Source: an uncultured delta proteobacterium
Lineage (GTDB): Bacteria; Myxococcota_A; Polyangia; Fen-1088
DNA length: 64,000 nucleotides
NCBI GenBank assembly: GCA_963767925.1
Contig: CAVYGB010000008.1
Location: 3,040,001 to 3,104,000, forward strand
Reading direction: 5' to 3'
Within the stretch, counting starts at the first letter, position 1. Every line of letters starts with the position of its first letter. The notes beneath the pieces are model-generated. The model searched no databases. It saw only the letters and a list, made by a program, of their open reading frames with translations, and was not told where the DNA came from. The position numbers were made by a program, and so were the translations under genes. This document shows positions 1-8,944 of the stretch, piece after piece.

Positions 1-1
1 C

Positions 2-85
2 GAGATCACGACCGATCTGACCGGGACCGCCACCACCACCGTGGCCTTCATCGTCGACTCCAAGCCGGCCGTGACGGCCGCCTGA
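2..85 (+). CDS. 3' end of a gene entering from upstream; probable paralog of the two following genes
   Basis: Frame from nt 2 reads EITTDLTGTATTTVAFIVDSKPAVTAA*. Its VAFIVDS matches the C-terminal LAWVVDT and VAWTVDT of the next two ORFs. Confidence 0.65.
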   Translation, partial: EITTDLTGTATTTVAFIVDSKPAVTAA

Positions 86-121
86 CGTCCGCCGCCGTGC
101 CACCGCAGGGGTAGCTAGCTG

Positions 122-1240
122 ATGCCGGCCCGCCTCCGCGTGCGCCGCCCGAGCCCGGAGTGGGCGAGCCCCGACAGCGAGGGGCGCCCTTCGGTCGATC
201 CCGGCCGGAGGGCGCCGCCCGTGCGCGGGGAGCGCACCTTCAACGCGATCTTGCCCGACGGGCGGATCGCCTGGCTGGGGCTGCATCCCGCCCTGGCGTC
301 CGCCGGGGAGACCCGGCACTTCGCCCACGTCGTCAACCGGGGGGCCGAGCGCCGGGCCCGGGCGCTCGGGCGGCAGAGCGCCTCGATCCGGGCGCTGGCC
401 GGCACGCTCGACGCCGACGCGCGCCGGCTGGCCGGCGGCCAGCTCCGCGGTGCCGGCCGACTCCGGCGCCGGCTGGTGGCCGACCATGCCCGGCTGGATC
501 GGCGCCTGTCCGCCGGGTTCTCGGCGCACGACGCGGCCCAGACCCGGATCGATCGGCGGCTGCGGAACTTTGCCCGCCGGCTGGCCCGGCGCGACCTGTG
601 GGACCAGCTCGTGCTACTGAGCGCGCTGCCGCTGTTCGCCGCTTACCGGCAGCCCGGCGATCCCCTGGCCCCCAGCAACCTCGCCCTCACCTTGACCCTC
701 GCGGTCTGGGTGCTGGGGGACGACCTCACCGAGCTGCTCTCGGGCTCGCGCCGGGGGCTCCCCCACTACCTGCGGGGTACCGACGCCTGGTCGTTCGTGG
801 CCCCCTTCGCGAATCTCCTGACCGGCTGGCTGCTGCTGCGCGATCTGCAGCACGACCCCTTCATCACCGGACTGGCCGACCGGTTCCACCTGGCCGCGCC
901 GAGCCTCCCCGACCCGGCCAACCCCGGCGACCAGCTCTACATCTACCGGCAGCAGGTCGACCTGGCGCCCTGGATCGCCGCCGGCTACGTCATCGACTTC
1001 ATCACCTTAGACGGCTTGCCGGCGGTGGCGGGGGTGGCCCAGGCGGGGTTCGCGGCGAGCCTCCCTCCCGGCACGGCGCCCCGGCTGCGGGGGCTGTCCG
1101 CCTCCGTGGCCGGCGGGGTCCTGACCCTCACCGCGATCTTCGGCGCCACGATCGTGGGCCCGCCGCCCTCCGATCTGCGGGAGTCGCCCCGGTCGCTGGT
1201 GCTGGCCTGGGTGGTCGACACGCGGGAGCCCCTCACGTGA
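122..1240 (+). CDS. Hypothetical protein, paralog family member (coiled coil, hydrophobic hairpin, C-terminal beta-rich domain)
   Basis: 372-aa ORF with GC3-rich codons. Collinear motif sharing with 1237-2196. Stop overlaps the next start (GTGA). Confidence 0.8.
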   Translation: MPARLRVRRPSPEWASPDSEGRPSVDPGRRAPPVRGERTFNAILPDGRIAWLGLHPALASAGETRHFAHVVNRGAERRARALGRQSASIRALAGTLDADARRLAGGQLRGAGRLRRRLVADHARLDRRLSAGFSAHDAAQTRIDRRLRNFARRLARRDLWDQLVLLSALPLFAAYRQPGDPLAPSNLALTLTLAVWVLGDDLTELLSGSRRGLPHYLRGTDAWSFVAPFANLLTGWLLLRDLQHDPFITGLADRFHLAAPSLPDPANPGDQLYIYRQQVDLAPWIAAGYVIDFITLDGLPAVAGVAQAGFAASLPPGTAPRLRGLSASVAGGVLTLTAIFGATIVGPPPSDLRESPRSLVLAWVVDTREPLT

Positions 1241-2196
1241 CCCGCCCCGGCGACGACGTCCGGACTGCCGTGGCGGGCGCCCTCTTCGATCGAGCCCGCG
1301 CGCGCCTGGCGGGCGGGATGGGCGGAGCGCCACCGCCCGCGTCCGGATCGACGCCCGCCCCGGGGCCCACCCGCGCGCTTCGCTTCCGCCTGCCCGATGG
1401 GCGGACCGTGCCGGTGCGGGTAACGCCGGCGGTGGCCCGGCACGCCGACGTCGCCGCGCTCGCCCGCGCCCAGGAGGAGCTGACCCGAAAGGTGGCCGAG
1501 CTGCAGGCCAGGAGCGACCTGGCCTTGCTCGGCGTGGCGCACAGCCTGGCGGGCCTGCGCCGCCAGGTGCAGACCACCGCCAGCACCCAGGCGAAGACCC
1601 TGGCCACCCGGGACCGCTCGCTGCGGCTCCAGACCCTCCGCCAGCGCAAGCAGCTCCGGACGCAGGCCGCCGTCCAGGGCCGGGTCGAGCAGATCCGGCG
1701 GCTCAATGCCGCCGCCAGCACGATGCAGAGCGCGGCCTACGGGCAGAAGGGGGAGCTGGTCTCCCGCAACAACCTCCTGCTGGCAGGCAACCAGCTCCTC
1801 TGGAGCTACATCGATCCGATCCTCGAGCGGCTGGGGCTCTGGTCGGGTCCCTGGCCAAGCCCCATCGCCTGGGTGTCGCCGCTGGCGAGCCTGCTGGCCG
1901 GACGCCTCACGGTGGGGCGGTTCCAGCACGTCCGCTTCGTCTCGGGGGTGGCCACCTTCGATGGTACAACCCGCACCCGCCACATCTCCCTGGCCGACCG
2001 CATCGGCGCCGCCGACTTTCCCGGACTGCGGCGGCGGACCGACCTGCCGGTCACCTTGACCCAGCTCGACGGGCCGAAGGCCTCGGTCGACGGCCAGGTA
2101 CGGAACGGGACCCTCGTCATCCAGTTCGCCATCGGCACCTCGATGCCGGTCGGGCGGGTGGCCTGGACGGTCGACACGGGGCTGGGCAATGTCTGA
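1237..2196 (+). CDS. Hypothetical protein, paralog of 122-1240
   Basis: Real portion of listed ORF 160..2196, starting at GTG 1237 in a GTGA overlap. Motifs LPDGR, AAYGQKG, QHVRFVSG, VAWTVDT. Confidence 0.8.
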   Translation: MTRPGDDVRTAVAGALFDRARARLAGGMGGAPPPASGSTPAPGPTRALRFRLPDGRTVPVRVTPAVARHADVAALARAQEELTRKVAELQARSDLALLGVAHSLAGLRRQVQTTASTQAKTLATRDRSLRLQTLRQRKQLRTQAAVQGRVEQIRRLNAAASTMQSAAYGQKGELVSRNNLLLAGNQLLWSYIDPILERLGLWSGPWPSPIAWVSPLASLLAGRLTVGRFQHVRFVSGVATFDGTTRTRHISLADRIGAADFPGLRRRTDLPVTLTQLDGPKASVDGQVRNGTLVIQFAIGTSMPVGRVAWTVDTGLGNV

Positions 2197-2755
2197 GAAC
2201 CTCCTGCGGCGAGCGGCCCGGCTGGTGGGAGGCGTCGTGCTCATGCAGGGGCGGCTGGGGCACCAGGTGCTCGGGCAGCTCCTGGTGGCGCAGGCGACCG
2301 AGCTGGAGATCGCCGGCGCCCAGCTCGCCTTCGCCGCCACCGCCGGCCAGCGCAACGCCGTGGCCCAGGTGGCGATCCGGACCGCGCTGCCCACCCTGGC
2401 CATCCGCGGGCTGCTCCGGAAGGACCAGGCCCGCCTGCTGCGGCTGCGCCGGCTGATGCTGGAGAACCAGATGGCGGCGGCGGCGACCGGCGCGGCGCCA
2501 GCGGCGGCGGTGGGCCGCTCGCCCGGGCAGAAGAGCGGGGTGATGCGCCTGCGCCGCCTGATGCTGCAAGAGCGGGTCGCCGCCGAGGCCCGGGGCCGGA
2601 GCGACCGCCTCGAGCACGAGAACCGGCGGCTGCAGGCCGAGGTCGCCAGCCTGCGGGCGCGCCTGGCTGCGGCGCCGGTCAGCCCCACGCTTGCGCGCGA
2701 GGACGGGGACCCGCCCGGCTGCGGCGGTTCAGGATCACGTCGCGGGCCAGGTTGA
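2189..2755 (+). CDS. Hypothetical helical/coiled-coil protein
   Basis: Start overlaps the upstream stop (ATGTCTGA). Internal repeat RLRRLML x2 and a C-terminal heptad segment (RLEHENRRLQAEVASLRARL). Confidence 0.65.
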   Translation: MSENLLRRAARLVGGVVLMQGRLGHQVLGQLLVAQATELEIAGAQLAFAATAGQRNAVAQVAIRTALPTLAIRGLLRKDQARLLRLRRLMLENQMAAAATGAAPAAAVGRSPGQKSGVMRLRRLMLQERVAAEARGRSDRLEHENRRLQAEVASLRARLAAAPVSPTLAREDGDPPGCGGSGSRRGPG

Positions 2756-3449
2756 TCTCGGCGGACATGCGGTTGCGCCGCTCGAACTCCACCGGGTCGC
2801 CGGCCGCCCGGTCGGGGTGGTACTCCATGCGCCGCTTGCGCCAGGCATCGTTGACCACCTCGTCGGAGGCGTCGGGCCGCACGCCGAGCACCTGACAGGC
2901 CCGCAACACGTCGTCGGCCGAGCGGGCAGCGGCGTCGGCGAAGGGCAGCGGCCGGCCCGCCCGGTGGTCGGCGATGGCGCTGCGAAACACCCCCGCCACC
3001 CGCTGCGCCGCCGCCTCCCCGGCCGCCAGGTAGAAGGCCTGCCCCAGGAAGTCGAGGTTGCGCGAGAGCCCGGACCAGACCGCGCCGAGCAGGGCGCTGC
3101 GGGCGATCACCATGACGTCGCCGCTGCTGGGGAGGCCGGACTGCCAGGCGATCATCTGCCCGCCACAGAACAGCCAGTAGCCCGGGGTCACGCCGAACAG
3201 GCTCGGGGCCCCGCAGGCCCGGAGCTGCTGGTGCAGGTACGGCAGGGCCCGCGCCGCCGACAGCATGAGATCGGTGAGCGCCACCGCCCCGAACAGCACC
3301 GGGGCGCCCTCCTCCTCGCGCAGGTGCTGGCCGAGGGCTCCGTTGAAGGTGTGGGCGGGGTGGACCGAGACGAAGACAACCACCACCTCGGCGCTCCCCA
3401 CGAACTCGAAGAAGCGGCTGGCGTCGACCGCGACCGGCTCGGCGGTCAT
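2679..3449 (-). CDS. J-domain (DnaJ-like) protein with N-terminal thioredoxin-like region lacking CxxC
   Basis: C-terminal VLGVRPDASDEVVNDAWRKRRMEYHPDR...AEINLARD is a J domain with the HPD motif. ATGA overlap with the upstream hydrolase stop. Confidence 0.85.
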   Translation of the reverse strand: MTAEPVAVDASRFFEFVGSAEVVVVFVSVHPAHTFNGALGQHLREEEGAPVLFGAVALTDLMLSAARALPYLHQQLRACGAPSLFGVTPGYWLFCGGQMIAWQSGLPSSGDVMVIARSALLGAVWSGLSRNLDFLGQAFYLAAGEAAAQRVAGVFRSAIADHRAGRPLPFADAAARSADDVLRACQVLGVRPDASDEVVNDAWRKRRMEYHPDRAAGDPVEFERRNRMSAEINLARDVILNRRSRAGPRPRAQAWG

Positions 3450-6400
3450 GCGTTCGACCGGCGGCCGCGCTTCCTGGGAAAGCCGTAGGAGTAGTCGGCC
3501 GGCACCCGGTCCTCGATCCCCTCGAACCAGATGTCCATGAACGTGCCCTCGCGGGCCAGCTTCAGCAGGGGCGGGCCGTTGTCCCGGGCGCCCACGAAGA
3601 CGTCGAAGTGGGCGCCGTAGATCGCCCCGCCGGTGTCGTTGACCTGCAGCCAGCCGTCGTGCCGCTTGCCGTCGGGCAGGGTGAAGCCGTCGAGCTGCCG
3701 GATGTAGACCCGGGTCCCGGTGGGGACCAGGCCGGTCTTCCCGTTGATCACGACGCGGGAGCGGCTCTTGCCGACGGCGCCTCGGTAACGGTCGTCGGAG
3801 CTCTCGAAGGCGCCGATGTCGGCGGCGAGGGTCCGGTAGGGATCGAGGGGGATGCCCCGGAGGATGCCGTAGCCCAGGCCCTCCTTGGCGGTCGGGGTGA
3901 CGGCGTAGGCGCGCACGCTGGTAATGTCGTCGTCCTCGAGGGAGATGCCGGAGACCTTGGTGCGATCCTGGTACTTGTTGCCTGCCGGGTAGCGCCGGCG
4001 GTGGACGGCGAGGACGGGGGCGTAGTCGTGGTCGCCGGGGGCGCGCCAGCCGGCGCCGGAGAGGAGGCGGCCGTCTTTGAGGCGGCCGCTGCCCTGCAGG
4101 GCCATCTCGGCGAAGAAGCCGGCGGGGACCTGGGCGATGACGTCGCCGGTTTTGGAGAGGAGGGGGACCAGCGGATCGGTGGTGGTGGGGGGTTCGATGG
4201 CTACGTGGTAGGCGGTGATGAAGAAGGGGCGGAAGGCGGTGGTGGGGGCGGTGGGGGCGGTGGTGGAGAGGGGGGCCGGGGAGAGGGGGGCGGGGACGGG
4301 GACGGGGATGGGGACGGGGGGGTGAGCAGTCGGGGTGGGGAGACGGGTGGGGGGGCGGATTTCGAAGTGGATGTGGTCGTCGTGGTCGTCCTGGGGTTTG
4401 CAGAGGGACTCGGCGATCAGGGTCTCGTCGTTGAAGTAGATCTTTGCGACGGGGGGTTGGGCGCGGAGGGCTTGCAACATGGCGCGGGCGGCGTTCCGGT
4501 CGTAGGTGGGGGAGGTGGGGGTGATGCCTCCGGCCTGGCCGTCGAGTCTCGGCAGGCGGAGGTCGCAGGCCAGACCGGTCTCGTGGCCGCTGTGTTTGGG
4601 GGTGTCGCCGCCCCGGGGGAGGCTCACGTTGTTGGTGGTGAGCGGGGTGGCGGCGGGGTGGGCGCGGAGGTGGTTGTCGCGGTAGTGGGCGCCGGCTGCC
4701 CGGATCACGTCGGCCAGCCAGCTCGTGCCGTAGTCGTGTTTGTCCCGGGTGTCGGTCAGCTCGAAGTTGTGGAAGCCCTCGGCGGGCGAGCCGGCGGGCA
4801 TCACCTGCCAGCGGGGGGCGTTGCGGGCCTGCAGCCAGTCGAGGGTGGCGCCGGGCACGTCGACCCGGCCGTCGCCGCGAACGCGGTGGCGGCCGGCGGC
4901 GATCGACTGCACCAGGTCGATGGCGTGGAAGATGTCGGCGTCGACGGTCCGGCCCGGCTTGACCCAGTGGTAGCCGAGCGCGATGAGGCGATCCTTCAGT
5001 GCCGCCACGTCGTCAGGGGCGTTCACCCCACCCCGCCCCACGCTGGCGCGGAGGATGAAGGTGGCGTCGGGGGCGAGGGGGACCGGGGGGGCGACCGCCG
5101 GGGGCGCGAGCGCGGCCGGCGCGGGGGCGGGGGCGAGCTGGCGCAGGGCCTCGGGGGTGACGATGGCGTCGGCGCGGCCGCCGTCGACCGCGCGCTGCCA
5201 GCGGACGAAGGCCAGGGTGGTCTCCACGTCCATGAGGGCGGTGGCGGCGCCGGTGTAGTGCCCGGCGCGGCGCAGACCCTCCTGCAGGCGGGTCACCTCG
5301 CCGCCGCTCGAGCCGAAGCGCAGCCGGGTCAGCGCCGCGCCCGGGTTGGCGAGCTGCCCGACCAGGCGCGCCTCCCGCCCGGTGAGCAGGACATAGTGAA
5401 AGGCGCGCCCGTCCTCCCCGGGGGGAGCGGCGGCCGGGGTCAGCCCGGCTGCCTCGCGGAAGTCCCGCCAGGCGCCGGCGTGCACCCCCGTCTGCCGATC
5501 GTATTCGCCGGGGACGGTCTGACAGCCCTGCGACGAGAACCCGTCGCTGCCCACCCGGCGGGCGGGGTGGAGGTTGTCGTGGACCACCCCGGAGTCCCAG
5601 GTGTCGGCCACCGTGTAGACGAGATCGTCGAGCGTCCGCAGCACCACCACGGCGCCCTGCTGGCGGAAGGCGCCCTTGACCTCCCGCGGTTTGCTGCGGG
5701 CGTGGGTGCCTACCCGGTACGGGTAAAAGCCGGTCGGCAGCAGGTTGCAGCGATCGCCGGGCTGGTTGTGCACGAACTTCCGCATCGATCCGGCCGAGGG
5801 AACGGTCGAGCCCTTGAACAGGCGGATCCGGCCGCCCGGCCAATCCCAGACCCCCAGCAGGCAGCGGGCGCCGTCGTGGTCGGGGGTGGTCTCCACCAGG
5901 CGCGCGGCGGTGGTCCAGCCGCTGCCCAGGGCCTCCCCTTCCAGTGTGCAACCGCGCAGCCCGAACAGCAGGCGATCGCCGGCCGCCGCCAGCGGGAACC
6001 GGTTGAGGGCACAGAGTTGCTCGAGGTGGGCCACCCCGAAGGAGAAGGGGAGGTGACTGGCGGGGTGGGCCTGCAGGTGCCGGTGATCGGGGGCCTCGCC
6101 GTCCACTGCCCAGCGAGCCGCGCCGGTGGCGGCCGGCGCGGTGGGCGCGGTCGGACGGGTCGCGGGCGCCGGGGGCCGGGGGGCGCGCGCCGCCGCGGCG
6201 GGGGCGGTGTCCTCCAGGGTGCCGCCGGCGAGGAGCTGCAGGAAGTGCAGCGGGTGGTACCAGATCCAGCCGTCGCGATCGCCGGGGTCGGCCCAGTAGG
6301 CCCGGCCGACGTTGCCCCGGGCCGAGCGGTGGCGGTTGGCCTGGGCCGGGTCCATGGCCTGCAGCGCCTCGCGGGAGGCCAGCGGCTCGAGCCCCTCGAA

Positions 6401-7549
6401 GACGTCCCGGCTGATGATCTCGAGGTGCAGGTGGTGCCCGCTGTGCAGGAAGCCGAGGGGGCCCAGCGCCTCGCCGGCCCGCACCCGGGTCCCCGCGCGC
6501 AGGGGGAGGATGCGGCGGCGCCCGCGCAGCCAGGTCGTCCAGTCGACCTTCTCCGCCTCGGTCCAGCGCAGGAACTCCGAGGCGCTCGGCACCCGTGTCC
6601 GGTCCTCGCTGCCGAGGTCGGTGCACAGGAGATTGTGCAGGTGCACGTAGCGCACGAGGAAGCTGCGCCCGTCGGGCAGCTCGTGGCGCACCACCACGAT
6701 GACCCCGCCGTTGCCGGGCCCCGAATAGGCCGTGTCGAGGCTGGCGCCCACCACCGTCCCGTCGCCGATCGAGCGCACCGCCAGCTTGCCGACCGCTGCC
6801 GCCGGGATCGGGATGTCGACCGCGCCGTGCCAGGCCTGCCGATCGGCCTTCTTGCGGCTGTAGAGCGGGAAGTGGCCGCCGAACTGGGCCCGGTAGACCA
6901 GCCCGAGGAACGATCGGTAGCTGGTGTCGCGATCGCCGTCCAGCGCCGCGACACCGGCCGCCCGGGCCCGCTTGCGCCAGGCCTCGTCGAAGTGGCTGTC
7001 CAGCTCCTGCAGCCGGAAGGGGAAGGTCCAGCCGGTCGGCGCCGGGGCGGGGGTCGGTTGCGGCCGTTGCCCGAGGACGAGCGTGTCTTCCCGGATCAGG
7101 CCCCGGGGACCGTAGAGCATGTGCGGCTCGACGTCCTCGCCGAGCACGCGCACGGTGGCCAGCCGGGCCTCGCCGAGCGCGCGCTGGACCACGAGCTGGC
7201 CCGGGGAGAAGGCCTGCAGCGGCGCCGCCGAGCCCGGCAAGGCGACCGGCTCCCAGACCACCTCCGCCCAGGCCTCGTCGGCTTCGGGGCCGTCGGGCGG
7301 AAGCGCGATCACCTGCGCCCCCCCGTACACCACCCTATCGAACACCCGGCCCAGATCAGGTCCCCCGGACGGAAGCGCGATAGGCGTCGGCATCGGCGTC
7401 CATTGCTCGACGGGCGCTGGCGCTTCACCGAACAGATCGGCGGCGAACCGATCGGCGCGCGCCCGCTCCGCGGGCGATCCCGGCGCGCCCCCCCCGCTCC
7501 CGTTGCCCCGAGCCCCCCGGCGCTGCCCCCGAACATCCCGATCCCACAT
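3446..7549 (-). CDS. Multidomain peptidoglycan hydrolase: M23 peptidase, L,D-transpeptidase-like domain, PG-binding domains, MepA-like endopeptidase, 3D domain
   Basis: M23 motifs HGAVD and HLHLEI; LHP...SSQGC; LRFGSSGGEVTRLQEGL and SVGRGGVNAPDDVAALKDRL (PG-binding); SLPRGG..KHSGHETGLACD and HDDHIHFE; NDTGGAIYGAHFDVFVG. Pro/Thr/Ala linkers separate the domains. Confidence 0.85.
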   Translation of the reverse strand: MWDRDVRGQRRGARGNGSGGGAPGSPAERARADRFAADLFGEAPAPVEQWTPMPTPIALPSGGPDLGRVFDRVVYGGAQVIALPPDGPEADEAWAEVVWEPVALPGSAAPLQAFSPGQLVVQRALGEARLATVRVLGEDVEPHMLYGPRGLIREDTLVLGQRPQPTPAPAPTGWTFPFRLQELDSHFDEAWRKRARAAGVAALDGDRDTSYRSFLGLVYRAQFGGHFPLYSRKKADRQAWHGAVDIPIPAAAVGKLAVRSIGDGTVVGASLDTAYSGPGNGGVIVVVRHELPDGRSFLVRYVHLHNLLCTDLGSEDRTRVPSASEFLRWTEAEKVDWTTWLRGRRRILPLRAGTRVRAGEALGPLGFLHSGHHLHLEIISRDVFEGLEPLASREALQAMDPAQANRHRSARGNVGRAYWADPGDRDGWIWYHPLHFLQLLAGGTLEDTAPAAAARAPRPPAPATRPTAPTAPAATGAARWAVDGEAPDHRHLQAHPASHLPFSFGVAHLEQLCALNRFPLAAAGDRLLFGLRGCTLEGEALGSGWTTAARLVETTPDHDGARCLLGVWDWPGGRIRLFKGSTVPSAGSMRKFVHNQPGDRCNLLPTGFYPYRVGTHARSKPREVKGAFRQQGAVVVLRTLDDLVYTVADTWDSGVVHDNLHPARRVGSDGFSSQGCQTVPGEYDRQTGVHAGAWRDFREAAGLTPAAAPPGEDGRAFHYVLLTGREARLVGQLANPGAALTRLRFGSSGGEVTRLQEGLRRAGHYTGAATALMDVETTLAFVRWQRAVDGGRADAIVTPEALRQLAPAPAPAALAPPAVAPPVPLAPDATFILRASVGRGGVNAPDDVAALKDRLIALGYHWVKPGRTVDADIFHAIDLVQSIAAGRHRVRGDGRVDVPGATLDWLQARNAPRWQVMPAGSPAEGFHNFELTDTRDKHDYGTSWLADVIRAAGAHYRDNHLRAHPAATPLTTNNVSLPRGGDTPKHSGHETGLACDLRLPRLDGQAGGITPTSPTYDRNAARAMLQALRAQPPVAKIYFNDETLIAESLCKPQDDHDDHIHFEIRPPTRLPTPTAHPPVPIPVPVPAPLSPAPLSTTAPTAPTTAFRPFFITAYHVAIEPPTTTDPLVPLLSKTGDVIAQVPAGFFAEMALQGSGRLKDGRLLSGAGWRAPGDHDYAPVLAVHRRRYPAGNKYQDRTKVSGISLEDDDITSVRAYAVTPTAKEGLGYGILRGIPLDPYRTLAADIGAFESSDDRYRGAVGKSRSRVVINGKTGLVPTGTRVYIRQLDGFTLPDGKRHDGWLQVNDTGGAIYGAHFDVFVGARDNGPPLLKLAREGTFMDIWFEGIEDRVPADYSYGFPRKRGRRSNA

Positions 7550-7688
7550 CGCCTCGCTCCTTGCCTCGCGACCTTCGACCGCAGTCCGACCCCGTCATGC
7601 TAACACCGCTCGCAACGCCCGCAGCGGAGGAACGACAAAAGCGCAAGACAAGCGCGCGACAAACGCGCGCCGAGCGCAGTGGCACACC

Positions 7689-7717
7689 GGAAATTTTCCC
7701 TGGCCCTGAAAATTTCC
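7689..7717. promoter_or_regulatory. Perfect 10-bp inverted repeat GGAAATTTTC-N9-GAAAATTTCC, candidate operator in a divergent intergenic region
   Basis: Read directly. It is an AT-rich dyad in very GC-rich DNA between divergent genes. Confidence 0.5.
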
Positions 7718-7757
7718 CCGCGCTGATCGTTGTCGATCACGAAGCGCGAGCTGCCAA

Positions 7758-7840
<83 letters not shown>

Positions 7841-7945
7841 GCGGACAACGAGCCAATCGTCGTTTGAGGGGTTCGTTTCTCGATCGGTCGTGATACATTC
7901 CGACCGGGCTCGTGTTCACGGAGGGATCGAGATGAGGGTACGGGC

Positions 7946-8803
7946 ATGAGGGTCAGGGGGCGGACGCGGACGATCCATTCTCTGGATCGCGATACGCTGG
8001 ACTGGGACACGCTGTTCGAGACCCGCCCGCCCGGGTGGAGCGCGGGGCTCCCCGGGCCGCCCGTGTCGGAATCGGCGTCGGAGTCGTTCGCCACCGCCGC
8101 CACCGCGGCCGTGTCGACCCTGCAACTGCGCAGCAGCGTGGCCACGGTGGCCGAGGGCCAGCACGACCGCTGGCACGCCGGCACGGAGACGCTGCAGGAG
8201 TCCGACACCTGGGGCAAACACATCCTCCGGCACGACTACTGGGCCAGCATCGGCATCACCAACCCCGCCACCCAGCTCGGCACGGCGAGCTGGTGGACGG
8301 TGGCCTGGAGCGCCGTCTTCGTCATGTTCTGTGTGCACCGGGCCCGCACCGGGCTGCAGCTCCCCGGCGCCGTGCTGGGGCACCCCACCCTCACGCGCAA
8401 CTCGGCCCACGCCGCCTATAGCTGGCAGGCCCATCAGGACCGCAGCAGCCGCCGGCGCGGGCGGTACTGGGCCTATCGCCCCGCCGACGCGCTCGTCGAG
8501 GTCGGCGACATCATCGTCAAGGGCCGCGAGGGCGTGACCGCGGCGACGGCCTGGGCGGCAATCACGTCCGCCACCTACAGCGGCTTCACCTCCCACGGCG
8601 ACATCGTGGTCCGGGTGGAGGGGGCCAACGCCCGGGCCATCGGCGGCAACCTCGGCAACTCCGTGACCCGGGCCAGCTACCCGCTCACCGCCGACGGCAT
8701 GGTCGACACGACCTCGACGACCAACGACGCCAACCGGGTGGCCGCCGTCCTCAAGCCCGAAGGTGGAGCCTTCTCGGGGCGACTCACGTCGATGGTCACC
8801 TGA
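7946..8803 (+). CDS. DUF2272-like (CHAP/NlpC-P60-related) putative cell-wall hydrolase
   Basis: AWSAVFV, VGDIIVKGR, SHGDIVV and IGGNLGNSV are typical DUF2272 motifs. No signal peptide. Confidence 0.75.
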   Translation: MRVRGRTRTIHSLDRDTLDWDTLFETRPPGWSAGLPGPPVSESASESFATAATAAVSTLQLRSSVATVAEGQHDRWHAGTETLQESDTWGKHILRHDYWASIGITNPATQLGTASWWTVAWSAVFVMFCVHRARTGLQLPGAVLGHPTLTRNSAHAAYSWQAHQDRSSRRRGRYWAYRPADALVEVGDIIVKGREGVTAATAWAAITSATYSGFTSHGDIVVRVEGANARAIGGNLGNSVTRASYPLTADGMVDTTSTTNDANRVAAVLKPEGGAFSGRLTSMVT

Positions 8804-8944
8804 AGCGCCGGCGGGCCGGTCACCCGGGAGCCGATCGCTCGTTCGAGGGGAGAGCGTTTCCAGCCGTCCGACTGGATTGTGTGGAGGGAGAGCACCATGG
8901 AGCATCGAAGAGCCTGGCCCCGGGGTAGGTCGAACCCGCCGGGG

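Noticed and set aside
4230..4350. G-rich hexamer repeats (also 9085-9145 and 21030-21150)
   Set aside because: They encode Pro/Ala/Thr interdomain linkers within genes.
3608..7603. Long antisense or alternative-frame ORFs (also 21536-24724, 45776-48844, 33413-34960, and the 5' parts of 160-2196, 9841-12396, 19130-25060, 23479-26886, 51854-55072)
   Set aside because: Shadow ORFs expected in very GC-rich DNA. They lack motifs and overlap well-supported genes.
7680..7697. Sigma-54 promoter from TGGCAC
   Set aside because: No TTGC at the -12 position.
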